DNA of 64,000 nucleotides from Pavona decussata (Eukaryota): contig CDRNST010000229.1 of NCBI GenBank assembly GCA_977016875.1, positions 124,001 to 188,000 on the forward strand. The letters are read 5' to 3'. Positions 24,701-36,693 of this stretch are shown one piece after another. A model generated the notes under the pieces. It searched no databases. It worked only from the letters and a program-made list of their open reading frames with translations, and was not told the DNA's origin. How positions within the stretch are numbered: the first letter of the stretch is position 1; every line of letters begins with the position of its first letter. A program made the translations under genes and the position numbers.

Positions 24701-27700
24701 ATGGATGGTACCTTCAATAAATAAAGCAATGTAAATTCTCACCCCATTTTTCTTGTGATAGTAGCTCAGAACCGGAAACCTGCCTGACTGTCTGAACTGT
24801 GCAGATGCCTTGAGTGTGTCATCTGATATATTTTTTGGTACTACAATGCTGGCTGGGTAACTGGGACACAACTACAATAAAAGAACAAAGTTGAAATACA
24901 ATTTATAGTAAAAAAAGACAGCATGTCAACTGTATTTATTTAGTTAAAAATTTAAGAAAACTTGTAGTTTTTTTGTCATTTTAGCCAGAGGTTGTTATCT
25001 AAAATTTTTAACTATGTTTCATCCTGGCTACAGCCCCTCAATATTTTCATGTATTTATTTAGATATATGGAAGTAAAAGCTAAATTTGAACNNNNNNNNN
25101 NNNNNNNNNNNNNNNNNNNNNNNNNNNNNNNNNNNNNNNNNNNNNNNNNNNNNNNNNNNNNNNNNNNNNNNNNNNNNNNNNNNNNNNNNNNNNNNNNNNN
25201 NNNNNNNNNNNNNNNNNNNNNNNNNNNNNNNNNNNNNGACCATGTCCCATCAGATTGTTACTGTGATGGGATGCATCATTCAAAAAATTGGTTGGAAATG
25301 TGCTGTTTTCATCTTGAGACACTGGCATACATGACATCTGTTCCAAAGGATCATTTAATATTAGTTTTAGCACATATGTTAGACATGCAAAATTTGGTCG
25401 TGCAATGTCAGACCACCCTGCATATGACTAACTGCCATTTCCAGATAAACATGCCATTGGTAACATTGAAATGTGGCTTACAGGACTTGTAACAAAGAAC
25501 GTTGAACAAGTACTATTGTTGCACGATCTGAAGTTCAAACCGAGACTAGGGACAAGTTTTTAAATTTTAGTTTAATCAGAAATCGGAGTCCATCACAAGA
25601 AAGATCACATTAAAATTAGTCAGTTTACCAAGTTTGAGGTTCTGTCCTTAGATTCAACCATGTACATGTAGAAGGCTTTCAAAAATCGGAAAAATTACAG
25701 ACTGTACATGGAGGTGGGGGATGCCATCTCAGAATTAGAGATGCATGGATTTTGGGCGACCTTTGACAGCTCACAGCTGGTTACTACACAATGGAACATA
25801 ACCAAACTTGCTAAACTTACTAATTTTTATGTGATCTTTCTGACAATGGGGCTCATTTCTTCATATGATGTAATTTGAACAATGTTTAAACTGGGGCCCA
25901 GTACCTTTATGAACTTGGAATGGGCAGTTATGGTGCTTACCTCAAAGCTACTGTTGGCATGACTAATTCTCCATTGTTGAGTTAAAGCAAAAAGTTTTGA
26001 GAATTCCATTTCTGTATTAAAGAGGTCCCAGCCATCTTCCTCAATGGTTCTTAGGTGCCGGTAAAAAAAGGGATACCTCAAATTTGTGTTTTCTGAGAAG
26101 GGAACAACAAATTACTCTAGCGTTAACAAAGTTAAAAAATGGTATTAAACATCACTAAGCATAACATTTTGAAAAATTGCAGATCTGAATGTAGACATAA
26201 TTTTGTTATTGTCATTACGTTCATGAATAACAGATTGTATACATGTGATGTAATTAATGTATCATCAATAAGAGGTTTCTCTTATTCTCATTAAGCCAAT
26301 TTCACCACAACTACAATTTACCAGAATACTCAAGTTTCTTTTTGCATGAAAAAAGAGCCACTTTGGTGGTTGGAGTGAAATGATGCCTGATCACAAAAAA
26401 ATTAATGGGCTGAAGGAAAACAGAATGGATCTTTCTCTCACCGATTGTTGAAAGAACTTCAATTGATGATGCCACATTCACGGCTTCTTCAATGTTGCTG
26501 AACTTCAATTTTATCAAATCAAAGTTTTTACAGCAAATGGTCAGCGCCCCTTCCTGACCTCTTGCCTTCTTTTCAACATGTTCCACTGCTGCGTGCAAAA
26601 GCTGTGTAATAATAAGAAAAAGTATTACTGCTGTTTCTTATTTAGTTTTCGCTTCTGGAAGTGGAAGTATTTGGATCAGTCGAAGCAGCATACATTCAAG
26701 TTTAGAATGGATGGTGATAGGGAGTTTATCCAACAGGGCAGCTGATGTAATGGGAAGGCAAATTGTCCTTGTGTGACCAACGTGACCACCAAGTATTTAC
26801 GACTCCAGATGAGAAAACACCAATTTTAGTCGAAAATCGCCCAAAAATGTGAAGGTACTAAGATATCGTGTTAGTCAAACAACGATAATTCACCGACCCC
26901 TTCTGCAAGCCATCCTGTTGCGTAAGCTCACTAATACTTCAAGAAAGGAGGATTGAAGGAAAGTAAAGACTTGACAGCCCAAGAAGAAAATGTTAATGAC
27001 GGTGTGATTACATAGTGATCATAGATTTTAGAACTCTCCCAAAGAAAAAAATTTTCTTTGGGAGAGTTCTTGGAGAGAGACTTGTTGGGAGAGACTTGTC
27101 CATTGGTGCAGAAACAAATTCAGTTTGGTGTGCAATCTGGGAACTTTCAATGTTGGCCTGGGGGGAGGGGGGTACCTGTCAATGGTGAGAGGGAGAGGAG
27201 GGGTTTGGGGGACCAAAGGTAGATGTAAGGTATTTTCACTTATCATTATCATTATTTATTTATTACCATTACAATAACATATATATCATGATCATCATCA
27301 TCATCATCATCATCACCTTATTAAATTATCCTCTCTTATGGTTTTGGATGATTATACATGTATTTCCCTTCAAGGAGATAATTAATACACATTTCCAGAT
27401 TTTACAGTCAAATGCCTAGAGAAACTGATGGAAAAGTAGACATCTACATCTACCCAGTTTGCACTGCCCTAAGGGCATCCTCAAGGGTTAAACAGACGAT
27501 CAGAAGGATAAATGTTGATATACCACCAACTTGCTCAACCATACCTTGTCCGTCACCCTGCACAGTAGCATCAGTGACCAGAGAAAGAAGATGGCATTTA
27601 GTGGCATTGATGAATTTTGGTACAGAAGGACAATAGGTCATTTCCGAGTTGCTTTAAACTTCATTATGAAAACAAGAAAAAGTGCAAAGCTATTCATATA

Positions 27701-28278
27701 AAAATAAGTTTTGCTCGCATATGAACGAAAACCAATTTTCATATGAAAAGCTTTGCACTTAGCCTCAATTTGGTAATGAGGTTCGAACTCTGAAATGGTC
27801 TATTGAATATACCATTGCACCAGAATATCCCACAGATGTCGAAGACAGTCAGCACTTCCCAGATTTGAAATATGTGCGTTTAATTTGTTCTTTTTTTTTT
27901 TAATTTCAAATGTTGTTTGAACCAATTAGTTTAAATACACAGATCTCTCGAGATGGAAATGGTATGTCTCCACGGGAGGAGGGGGAGGGGAATTATTTTA
28001 CTCACGCCGGAATGATTCCATGACCAACACGTCATCACTCCAGGATAACATGCTGAGCGCAAAGGTATGGCTCACAAATTCTTTAAGATTCAAAGAAAAG
28101 TAAACGAGGAATGGAAAATTTATCGACTTACGATGAGCTCATCCTTGTGATCGGTTCGAGAAGAAAATATCAAATGATGACCCGTGACGCACAGAGTTCC
28201 TTCCAGGTAAGCACGTCCTCTGCGGCGCAGCAAAACCTTTTCAATCTTCGGTGATTTAATAAACTCCACAAACTCCAT
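15754..28278 (-). CDS. MTMR9: Myotubularin-related protein 9 (catalytically inactive myotubularin)
   Basis: 14 exons: 28278-28132, 26601-26442, 26092-25941, 24871-24743, 24388-24232, 23430-23326, 22628-22503, 21350-21248, 20774-20636, 20270-20186, 19939-19870, 18576-18477, 18007-17880, 15841-15754. Motifs MEFVEFIKSP, GTLCVTGHHLIFSSR, GRFPVLSYYHKKNG, VLVHGDAGTDATLQVTSL (no catalytic Cys), FLLFLDCVWQ, QFPCSFEFN and a C-terminal coiled coil. Confidence 0.95.
16251..17730 (-). mobile_element. 5'-truncated L2/CR1-group LINE (reverse transcriptase ORF2 fragment) in the last MTMR9 intron
   Basis: Uninterrupted ORF 16306-17775 with RT motifs NFRPVSNLPFVSK, LDLSAAFDTVDH, GVPQGSCLGP, YADDTQL and the L2-type C-terminus LHWLPV..RIDFKILLL. 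No endonuclease domain; the 3' end runs into the N-gap. Confidence 0.93.
18640..18984 (-). mobile_element. Second copy of the CACTA-ended tRNA-cassette element, interrupted by a 117-bp MITE (18724-18840)
   Basis: Reverse complement aligns with 4995-5203. The terminus CACTAAGGACACAAATGA is at 18640. The inserted palindrome (ggctgagttgctcgaagc...gcttcgagcaactgggcc, flanked by cag/ctg) is absent from copy 1. Confidence 0.75.
19343..19471. mobile_element. Perfect-hairpin MITE (TAGCCT...AGGCTA)
   Basis: About 59-bp arms tagcctgttccaggctcctagagagatgcgcgaaggagagtgcgaggggacgaaaacg with their exact reverse complement around a short loop. Confidence 0.88.
19520..19690 (-). pseudogene. Degenerate non-LTR reverse transcriptase fragment
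   Basis: Translates SILGPMVFLIYVTNLPDSV...AMFADDTKIY...DAAYLQADL. Confidence 0.75.
20798..21175. mobile_element. MITE with a nested smaller palindromic element (~20998-21105)
   Basis: Outer ends agagcgattttga / ttgaaaagcgctcta; inner aagccgcggctaca / tgtagccgcggctt. Confidence 0.6.
21419..22145. mobile_element. CMITE-like MITE containing a second family member nested inside it (21644-22011)
   Basis: Outer agggagcttaagaaacgac...gttgcttaaactccct with TSD aat. Inner agggagtttataaaacgagg...cttaaactccct with TSD gtt, inserted in the conserved catttcacgttgttgttttg motif. Confidence 0.88.
22930..23150 (+). mobile_element. Degenerate SINE (same family as 11896-12190)
   Basis: tttccttggacaagaaactttg...accctgcaacagactagcatcccatctaggg...gcaatactcc. 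Confidence 0.6.
23570..24070. repeat. Degenerate tandem minisatellite (~atgtgtgacagg units) in an MTMR9 intron
   Basis: Many dispersed gaatgtgtgacagg / gatgtgtgac variants. Confidence 0.65.
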
Positions 28279-28445
28279 AACGGAAACAAAATGCGTCAAT
28301 AAATATAAAGAAAAGCTGCAAAAACTACCCAACACTCCATACTCTTATCGCTGCCTGCCACAAAGCTTTATATTTTGATGAAAAGCTTAGCAGCCAAGCT
28401 TTATGAGCCGTTTTCTTGTCAGCGGGTTTGTTTGTGATATCCAAC
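28279..28445. promoter_or_regulatory. Compact bidirectional promoter shared by MTMR9 and UQCC2
   Basis: The two start codons (28278 minus, 28446 plus) are separated by only 167 bp. An AACATGGCG YY1-like motif spans the UQCC2 ATG. Confidence 0.7.
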
Positions 28446-29902
28446 ATGGCGTCCAGAAAGGTTTTAGCACCCAAACTTTATAAGAAATTTCTACAAGTCT
28501 GCGAACAATGGCCGGTGGACCACAACCGCTTAGGAAGAGATCTTGGAGAACATCTTAAAGGAAGCCTTGTACCACGCATAAAACAGTCAGAGATAGGCGT
28601 AAGTTTGCCGGATTTTTTCAGAAGGTTTCAGACTTCTTATGCAATAAGTTAAGCTTAATTAACTGAGGCTTTTAAATATGGTAGTTTAGAATTAGACAAA
28701 GTAATAGTTCACAAGGATTCTGGTTTCACTGCCATCATCATCATCATCATTAGAGTACTGCTGAAGTTACCAGTGAGAGTTAAGCACTGGTCCTGTGGCC
28801 CGACCCCCCACCCCCCTTCTAGCTGACTTTGAACTCCTACAAATAAAAAATATATACGTATATTGAATTTTAATTTAGTAATGTTTTCCCCCTTGTCTGA
28901 TTTCCAAGTATGTAAAATAAATCATGTTGACTTCATCTTTTTCTTTAGCCAAAAGAGGCAGAGAAGATGCTTGACAGCCTGATAAAAATAAGTTCAAATT
29001 ATTACAGAAACAAGGTATGGCACTGGTGCTTTCTTATAAAAGAATTTATTTTGTTTCTTTATATTTTTTGTTCATAATTTGATAAATGATACCATTCAAA
29101 GTGTTTTATTGCAAAATTATACAGAAATGTCTTTGGCCTACCCTGCTCATTATTTTGATTATTGCTCATGGAAACCTGGGTCTCAGCAGCAAATTTAGTT
29201 TTATTTAAGGGGCACTATCACAATGATTTTGCTGTATTTTGGTCAAAACTGCTCGACTATTTGACAAAGAAGCTGTTTTGTAACATGGAATTGCTCTTAC
29301 AATATTGGGAAGAAAATATAAAGGTTTTTCTCGTAGGAAGAATATACCATAATCAACTTTTAGCAACTTCTCTAAAATACACAGGAAGAACTTCAAAAAA
29401 TTGGCCTTTTTTTTTCAAGTTGCAATCCACTTCCATCCTAGCCATCCACAGCCAAACATAATAAATAGTAGTTTCTGTGCACTAGTAGAGTTACTGTTAA
29501 CAAACCTCAAGCAATATTTTAATGATTCCATTGAAACAAATGTTTTTTTTTTTTTTTGGCTATTCATAGTGACACAAAAGATAGGTGACACTGCCCCTTT
29601 AATCATGTTTTTTTCCTCTTCTATTACCTTTCTAGTACCCTCGCAAAGCTGAAACAGCTTTCACTGGGGACTTACCAACTGTTAAGGAAGGTGCCAAGTA
29701 TTACTTGTCATCAGGTAACAAACATTTATAATATTTTGTTCATCATTTCAGCTGTGGATGAGCTGGTATTTTGAAGACTGAAATTCCTTACTAACAACTT
29801 TTTTGTTGGCATCTTTTTTTACCAGACATGCAAAAGAAATCCAAGGAAAGAACTTGGTGGGAGAAGTTGATTCGCAAGAGGAGTGTATATTATGAAGGCT
29901 GA
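28446..29902 (+). CDS. UQCC2: Ubiquinol-cytochrome c reductase complex assembly factor 2 (Cbp6/MNF1), 124 aa
   Basis: Exons 28446-28598, 28949-29014, 29636-29714, 29826-29902 in frame: YKKFLQVCEQWPVDHNRLGRDLG...MLDSLIKISSNYYRNKYPR...TAFTG...WWEKL. Confidence 0.9.
29205..29602. mobile_element. TTAA-flanked MITE in UQCC2 intron 2
   Basis: ttaaggggcactatcac / gtgacactgcccctttaa. Confidence 0.7.
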
Positions 29903-32250
29903 AAACACTTGAAGAAAAATGTTTAATGCAGTTGTTCATTGATGATCTCAGATAGTTTGTCTTCCGCGTGTCTCCTGAGACACCTCTTCTACAGACATAA
30001 CAAATAGGCCACATTCACACACAAGAAGTGTGTGTACACCCACTCATCTCCTGAATGCAGACAATACAGCAAAGAGATTTTGTTCAATATTGATTTTCTT
30101 TGGACTACCCTGTACAAATTTTGATTTTGATTCCACTTTTAGGGTAACACACTACACAGAATATCTGTTCCTGAAGGAAAATTATCCTTCCTATTCCAGT
30201 AGTTTCCTCTGTGTTACAATAATTCTGAGTTGCATCTACTTTGAATGCACAGAACAGGGTCTTTTCCTGCCTTCCAATCCCCTTGGTACATCAAATGCAT
30301 TAACAGTGGTTTATAATACCTTTATTTTAACCTTTTAAAAAGCTACCTATCAAAATTTATATTCTCTTAACTGTTCTCCTATTTCTTGTGTAACTAGTTG
30401 GGAGAATTTGTTTAAACATCAGGACAACTTTAGCAATCATTCCATCATCTCAAAGCCTCTATCTTTGATAAAGTACTGAAAAATTAGATACTGGTAACAT
30501 TTGGGGCTCAAAGGATTAAGACATCTACAAATCTACAAGAAACACTATATAATAATGTTATATTTAAGCAACCTTTAGTGTTGGTCCCAACTTAAAATAA
30601 AAGAAGTAATATATCAAACACGAGGAAATGTGTTTCATCTGATTTCAAAGCACCAAGAAATGGGTTGGAAAAACGAGGTGCAGGCAAGTTTTTTTATTAA
30701 ACTAACTTTGATGTGCTTGGAAGTCAGATCCAAAAGTTCCCCAAATTTTATGATAAAAAATAGTGATTTCCTTTGTTTTCTTTTCATGAATTATTGATGA
30801 GTTTGAGAATTGGTGCTACCCTATCACCTTATTTTTTTTTTTTAATTTTTAGCATGGTGAAACACCTGCTAGAGTGTCTACAAACTTTAAGCCCCAAACT
30901 GAACATTTCTTACAGTACAAAATGGGGGAATTTTTTAAACATTTGACCACTGGTGATCATTTTCGTTATTCTCATTACCTTATCTATGATCAAGTGGTGA
31001 TCTTATAGGGAGAAATTAAATTCTGGTAACCATTGGGGCTAAAAAAAGGTCAAGAGGTCACATGACCAAACATTATGTTGGATCATGAAAATTTAGGGAC
31101 AGTTCATTATTTATAGGGATAACTGGGTTGGGAAAAGAAAACTTGGAATACAATGACACCTGACCTCAGACAAATCTTTCTCAGAGCTGTAAAATCCTGA
31201 TGTCACCAAAATTTAACTTGTTCTTTCGTTTTTTAATCCAACGTCGTTACACTGCCAGTGTGGCTGATACATAAAAAAGTCTTTCATACTTTCATCATTT
31301 TGTCTTCTGCTGATTGCATGTGATTGTCCTCTTTTATACATTAATTTAACTACCCTGTCAAGTTTACATGAGTCATGGTTCTGCTTTACAATTAGGTAAA
31401 TTTCAAGACCCATCACTAAAAAGGTAGAACTTTTCCCAAGTCTGTTTTTTTTTTCTGACCCACTCATCCACAAAAATAAAGAATGCTGCCTTAGCAAGCC
31501 TAGCACTGTCAGCATATATCTGCAAGGGTTTAGTCACAAGGGTGTCCTTGCATCCTCTAGACACTTACTTTTGGAAAAAATTCACCTTCTTTATGTAGGT
31601 GTAATCTTTTGAAAATTGTAAAGAAGGTCAGACTGCAGACTGATTTCATGAAGCAACTCCAGAATGCTGCCTATTTTTGCAGTGGAATGGAGGACATTCC
31701 TCTTAGATTTCCAAATTTCAATTTTCTGAGTAAACTGTTGCATATCTGTCCTTACCAACTAAACATATATGTATATATACAGCTAATGTTACTGCATTTT
31801 ACAGCTCTAGAGCTAGGTTTCCTATACTAAATAAAAAAAATTATTATAATTTTCGACCTTCCAGTAAAGATTTCAAAAGAAGGCCAAGAAATTTAAAACC
31901 ATAGAGATCTGGATTTGTTTTGAAATACTTGTTGCAAACAAACAGATCCAAGTACTAAACAGCACAAGGATGGCAAGTAAGTATTTTATCCACTGGCCCT
32001 CTCCCTTCTACAGCAGAGGTGCTTGGAGGTTGTGGGAGGTTTGAGTAAAAAAAAAAACCAAGGGAGGGTGGAGACATCATCCTGTATGTGAATCATGGCT
32101 CATCTCCACCCCACCCCTCCTCATGTTTTCTTCTACTGTAATTTTCATTGAAACAGCCTAAACAGATGAAAAAGCATTGTGATGACAATTTATAATCTAT
32201 TTAACTGTCTAGAAAAGGTTTCCATAGCAAACTTAGTTTCCATGGCAACC

Positions 32251-34197
32251 TTAGTGCAAGCTAATGAACTTTTCAACAGTCTTGGGTACTACACCAAAGT
32301 ATGAAAGATTAAACTTTCTCACGGCTCTGGCAGCAATGCACTTTAACTCCAGCCTACTCTTCACAGAAAGAATCCTACGAGCCTCGTCCGTTTCAGCGAC
32401 ATCCATGGCTGTTTTACCATCATTGTTGACAAGATCTTCATGGACTCCAGCATCTAATAATGTTTCCAACACATCTCTTAAGACTTGCAGGCCACCTGTG
32501 TTGGGTTTAAAGGCCACGGCTAAGTGCAGGGGAGTGTTGCCTTTGTTGTTAATTGCATTCACATTTCCACCAGCATTTATGATAAGCTTCATAGTTTCAA
32601 TGCAGGGAAATTTACAAACATCTCTGACGTAGTGTTCCTCGGTGGGTGTTTTATGCCATACAGCTAGGTGAAGCATAGTGTTACCATCATGAGTGCGTGG
32701 GTTCAAGCGAAGGAATCTTTGAATCAAATCAAATACACAAGACTTGTCTTTGTTTCTAGAGTCCTGCACTTTGGCAAATATTGTCAAAAGATACAAAGCA
32801 CGGTACACCACATTCTCCAGTTCCTCATGCAGTTGCTTAGCCTCGTGTTCACCTTTTGACTTTTTGGACTGCACTTTCTCTGTCAGTCTCTCATACTCAC
32901 AAATGGCTCTTTCAAACACCTCTTCAATGTACCTCTGTTTTGGAAGACAATTTCTCTGCACCATATGGCAAAAGAAGTCGGCAAAGATCTTCAGATCATC
33001 TGTGATTGGCTGGTTACACTGCTGACCAATCTCCATTGCATGTCCCCATAAACCGATGCAAAGATCAAAGTTCCCAGAGTCTGCAAAAACTGCACCACGA
33101 TATCTGATTGGAAATCGGAGTTCAGTATTGTCTGTCCCAAGGATTCTTTCTCTGATAATAAGACCCTCCATATGGATGTCGTGATCACTGCCCTCGATCT
33201 GAGCAAGTTCCTGCAGATTCTGACTTTCTTTTCTGTTCTGGTAAACTTCAAGAGGCTCCATTTGTTTTTTGAGTAATGGGCGTGAAGGATCTTCAAACCT
33301 CTCTTCCATGCCACGCTTCATGTAAGAAAATGCTTTCTCTATGTCATAAACATCAGGCTCATTAGCAATGGTTCCACCGAGAAGCTCCAGTCCCTCAATT
33401 CTTTGCTTCTTTGTACATTCTGGCCTCTTGATAAAGTACTCCACCATCTCGATCTTGCAGTCATTGCTTGCTAGCAACAGAGGTGTTAAACGTTGGACAT
33501 TCTGAACCTGAGATGCCCCCAAAGCCAACAGTTCATTAGCAATCTCAAAATGTCCTCTTTCAACAGCATAATGAAGAACAGTATTCCCTTGCTTATCCTG
33601 AAGATCCATGTCGGCTCCCCTTTTAATCAAATAATTAACCACATTCATGTGGCCATTGTAGCAGGCGACCATGAGGGGGGTGTTCTCAAAATTATTCCGC
33701 GCGTTCACATCTGCTCCGCTTTCAACTAAACAGGTAACAATGTCTAGGCGTCCATCGTAAGCAGCAGCCCTTAACGGAGTTGAATTTGTCAATGTTCTTC
33801 CGTCCACATCAGCGTTTTGTTCAATTAACAATTTCACCACATCAAGGTGTCCCGTTGCGGCGGCGGCCCACAAGGGAGTACATCCCTCGATGACTTGATC
33901 ATCAACTTTCACAGTTCCTCGAGCCTCGATATCTGCCTTGTATCTGAGAAGCATTTTCACAGAATCCAGGTTGCCATTGCGGGACGCGATTATCAAAGGA
34001 GTGGTGAATTGGTCGCCATCTTTAATTTTTGTTTCTAAAGCAGTGGTTCTTTCCCCGATACTCATTCGCTGTAGCACATCGCTCAGCACAACCACGGAAC
34101 CATCGCGGGCAGCTTCGTAGATTTTAGGCTTTGGATTAAGCAACTCACGCCATGATTGACCTTCCATTGTACATAAAAACTTCTTCACTTTTAGCAT
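32251..34197 (-). CDS. FEM1: Fem-1 family ankyrin/TPR CRL2 substrate receptor (FEM1A/C-like), single coding exon
   Basis: 648-aa open ORF (the start may be the second Met, MEGQ). It has N-terminal ankyrins (GCTPLWAAAATGH, TNSTPLRAAAYDG), LELLG, LIIRERILG, IRYRGAVFADSG, two C-terminal ankyrins and a VHL/BC box (ELKCIAARAV...VPKTVEKFISLH*). Confidence 0.93.
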   Translation of the reverse strand: MLKVKKFLCTMEGQSWRELLNPKPKIYEAARDGSVVVLSDVLQRMSIGERTTALETKIKDGDQFTTPLIIASRNGNLDSVKMLLRYKADIEARGTVKVDDQVIEGCTPLWAAAATGHLDVVKLLIEQNADVDGRTLTNSTPLRAAAYDGRLDIVTCLVESGADVNARNNFENTPLMVACYNGHMNVVNYLIKRGADMDLQDKQGNTVLHYAVERGHFEIANELLALGASQVQNVQRLTPLLLASNDCKIEMVEYFIKRPECTKKQRIEGLELLGGTIANEPDVYDIEKAFSYMKRGMEERFEDPSRPLLKKQMEPLEVYQNRKESQNLQELAQIEGSDHDIHMEGLIIRERILGTDNTELRFPIRYRGAVFADSGNFDLCIGLWGHAMEIGQQCNQPITDDLKIFADFFCHMVQRNCLPKQRYIEEVFERAICEYERLTEKVQSKKSKGEHEAKQLHEELENVVYRALYLLTIFAKVQDSRNKDKSCVFDLIQRFLRLNPRTHDGNTMLHLAVWHKTPTEEHYVRDVCKFPCIETMKLIINAGGNVNAINNKGNTPLHLAVAFKPNTGGLQVLRDVLETLLDAGVHEDLVNNDGKTAMDVAETDEARRILSVKSRLELKCIAARAVRKFNLSYFGVVPKTVEKFISLH

Positions 34198-34666
34198 ACG
34201 ACGACAAAGCTTTCAATTTCACTAGAAAGGAAATAGTTTCGAACCGGTTCTAGTTCACAAAGACGACTCTGTGACTGAGATTATAACCTCCTGCAGATAA
34301 AAAAAATATATGATTCTCAATATCGGACCAACGAAGCGTGTGTTTCCGTTTTTAACTGATATTTTTTCCCTTCAGTTAACACAAAGAAGAAAAGAAATCA
34401 ATTCCCGTCCGCCATTTTCCTTTTTCCGGATTCCAGTCTTAAACGGTCCTGACGTCATCATAAAACTATTTTGCTTTTCACAGTTCACAGGCACACCAAG
34501 AAAATTAACCGGCTGCAAACTATAAAATTTGGAGTAACGATATATTGGGTATAAAATATGGATGTCAAATACGTACTTGGGACTAGGGACAAAGTGAGAT
34601 AGATCTGTGGCAACAGCTGAAAGCCACGTGGCGAAATATCAGTTTTCCTTGTCGTCTTAATAGAGC

Positions 34667-35056
34667 CAGGGGCACCCAACGGATCGTTTCGGTAAATTAT
34701 CTGTTCGGAAGGCCCTTAATCCCCTACAATTTTCTAAAAATAATTTTCGCCTCGAACTTTCGTGATGTGGGAAATTTAAGGCCTGGTGTTTTCGGATTGA
34801 TAAAAATGTCGTTTCGGGTACCGAAAAAAGGTCAGGTAAGATTTTCGGAAAGGAAATAAGACCTAAGTTTTTTGGGAAATGGACAAAAATGCCCTAGTAA
34901 TTTCGAAAAGACTCAAGTTCCCCTAGAATGACCGAACAGATAAAAATATCATAGCGCAGCTTTAAATGAATCTACAGAGCCGTTTAAAGGCACTCCAGAT
35001 AGCCTAAAATGAGCGTTTCAAAGGATCTGAGAGAAAACTCCCATTGGGTGCCCCTG
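34667..35056. mobile_element. MITE with CAGGGG...CCCCTG ends and 6-bp TSD
   Basis: TIR caggggcacccaa / ttgggtgcccctg, flanked on both sides by tagagc. Confidence 0.8.
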
Positions 35057-35791
35057 TAGAGCCTTTACAGTCGCTTTGCGATCAGTGACAAAAAAACTCA
35101 ACGTGGCAGTTCCGATTGTCATTGCCTTACATGTAAGTTCTGTCGTATTTTGTTGTGTAATGTAAGGAGGGCAGCAAGGAATACTCCAGAAAATAACTGT
35201 CGAACCAAACACGAATGGGTAATAAAAATGATTTTTTTTCTATGAATATAACTATAAAAAGCTTCTGTAAGTATTTTATCGTTTGGTTTTAATGTTGCGG
35301 CATATGAGAATTCCATTTATATGAGAGGAATAAACGAAAATGGCTTGCATTTTAATAATCGTTTGTTTGTATCCAAATAGCCCCTTTTTCCCAGTAGCGA
35401 AGCAACTCTCGTAAGTTTGTAATTGTTTTAAAGGTGTAGCCTCTGTTATTGTTTTTAGGGTTGGGGGTATTGTTCTGTTGTTTGTTCTATTGTTTTCTAG
35501 AAGGGTTCCAAGCCAATCATGTGATACCTTATGAGAGCTGCAACATCGCCTTCCTTGACTTCGTCAAGGTAAAATGTTCTTTTACCTGCCGTTTTGGAAT
35601 AAGCCCTATGGTCGTTTGGTAATCATATGGCTGTTCTTTTCCCTAGAGACTTGTTTTATTTTATTCGGTGGCAGACATTCAAAAATGGGTGAATCTGTAG
35701 GGAGGAGAACGGATCGCATGGGAACTACACATGCGCAGAAAGTTTGAAAACTGTCCGACTTTACAATTACGCGTGCGCGCGCCACAGGAAA

Positions 35792-36133
35792 CTTTCCAAG
35801 ATTCCCAGTTGGGAATTAAATGGGAAATTTTCCATTATTGGGGAAAACCTGGGACAAGAAATTATTTTTGGGGGGATAATTTTGGGAAGTAGCTGTCTCC
35901 CAGTGTCCTATAAATGGTTTTTTATCGGGAAATACAGTGCTTTCTCTTGTATCCCAATTTTGGGGAAATACTTTGAATATGTTGGGTTTTAAAAAACCCA
36001 AGATTGGTTTTGGTAGAACTTTCCCAGTTTGGGAAATTCCCAGCGTTATAATGGATCGCTTACCTCGACCCACTGAAATCACAAATTTAAATATAACCCA
36101 AAAATTTACCATTTTTAACCCAGTTTGGGAATT
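35792..36133. repeat. MITE-like repeat rich in ttcccag/ttgggaa motifs
   Basis: attcccagttgggaattaaa at the left, tttaacccagtttgggaatt at the right, with repeated internal TTGGGAA motifs. Confidence 0.45.
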
Positions 36134-36693
36134 GAAAAAAAATCTCTGTGACGTATAATTTATGTTGCTTCAAAGATTAAAAGATCACTGTTTGAAAAAT
36201 GTCACGAATCGAAATATCAAAAACAAACTTTATTTAAACTGATAAACAAGTTACAACAATGTTTTCATTTCAATGAATTCGAAGGAAGTCTGAAATTTTT
36301 CTCGTCTTCAGGGGTTCACAAGACTGACCAAGAATAAACATTATGACAAAGACAAAAAAATTCGACTCATTGACGTTCGTGCACTCTTTTATACACCTTT
36401 CCTATCAAGCTATTATCCGTTTAACTGTTAAAATGGTGTACCCTGTTTTCATCGTTCCCCTCGTAAAAAAGAGTGTGAGTTTAGCTAGATCTATGATATT
36501 AAAAAAGAATGATCGAAAACCTCAATACGTTTAGAATTTTCCCCATTAAACTCTATGGAGAGCTACTGAGTCATTGTGACAGAAACAGAAGTTTATATGC
36601 TATGATGATCCTTGTCTGGAGGGTCTTGATCCAAAAACAGATTATTGAACTAACATCAGTTTGTGAGGTAAAGAATTTCCATTTCAACTTGAG

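Noticed and set aside
31804-31895. Alternative last exons for UQCC2
   Set aside because: Exon 29826-29902 already gives a family-like C-terminus (WWEKL); these downstream candidates give short non-homologous tails.
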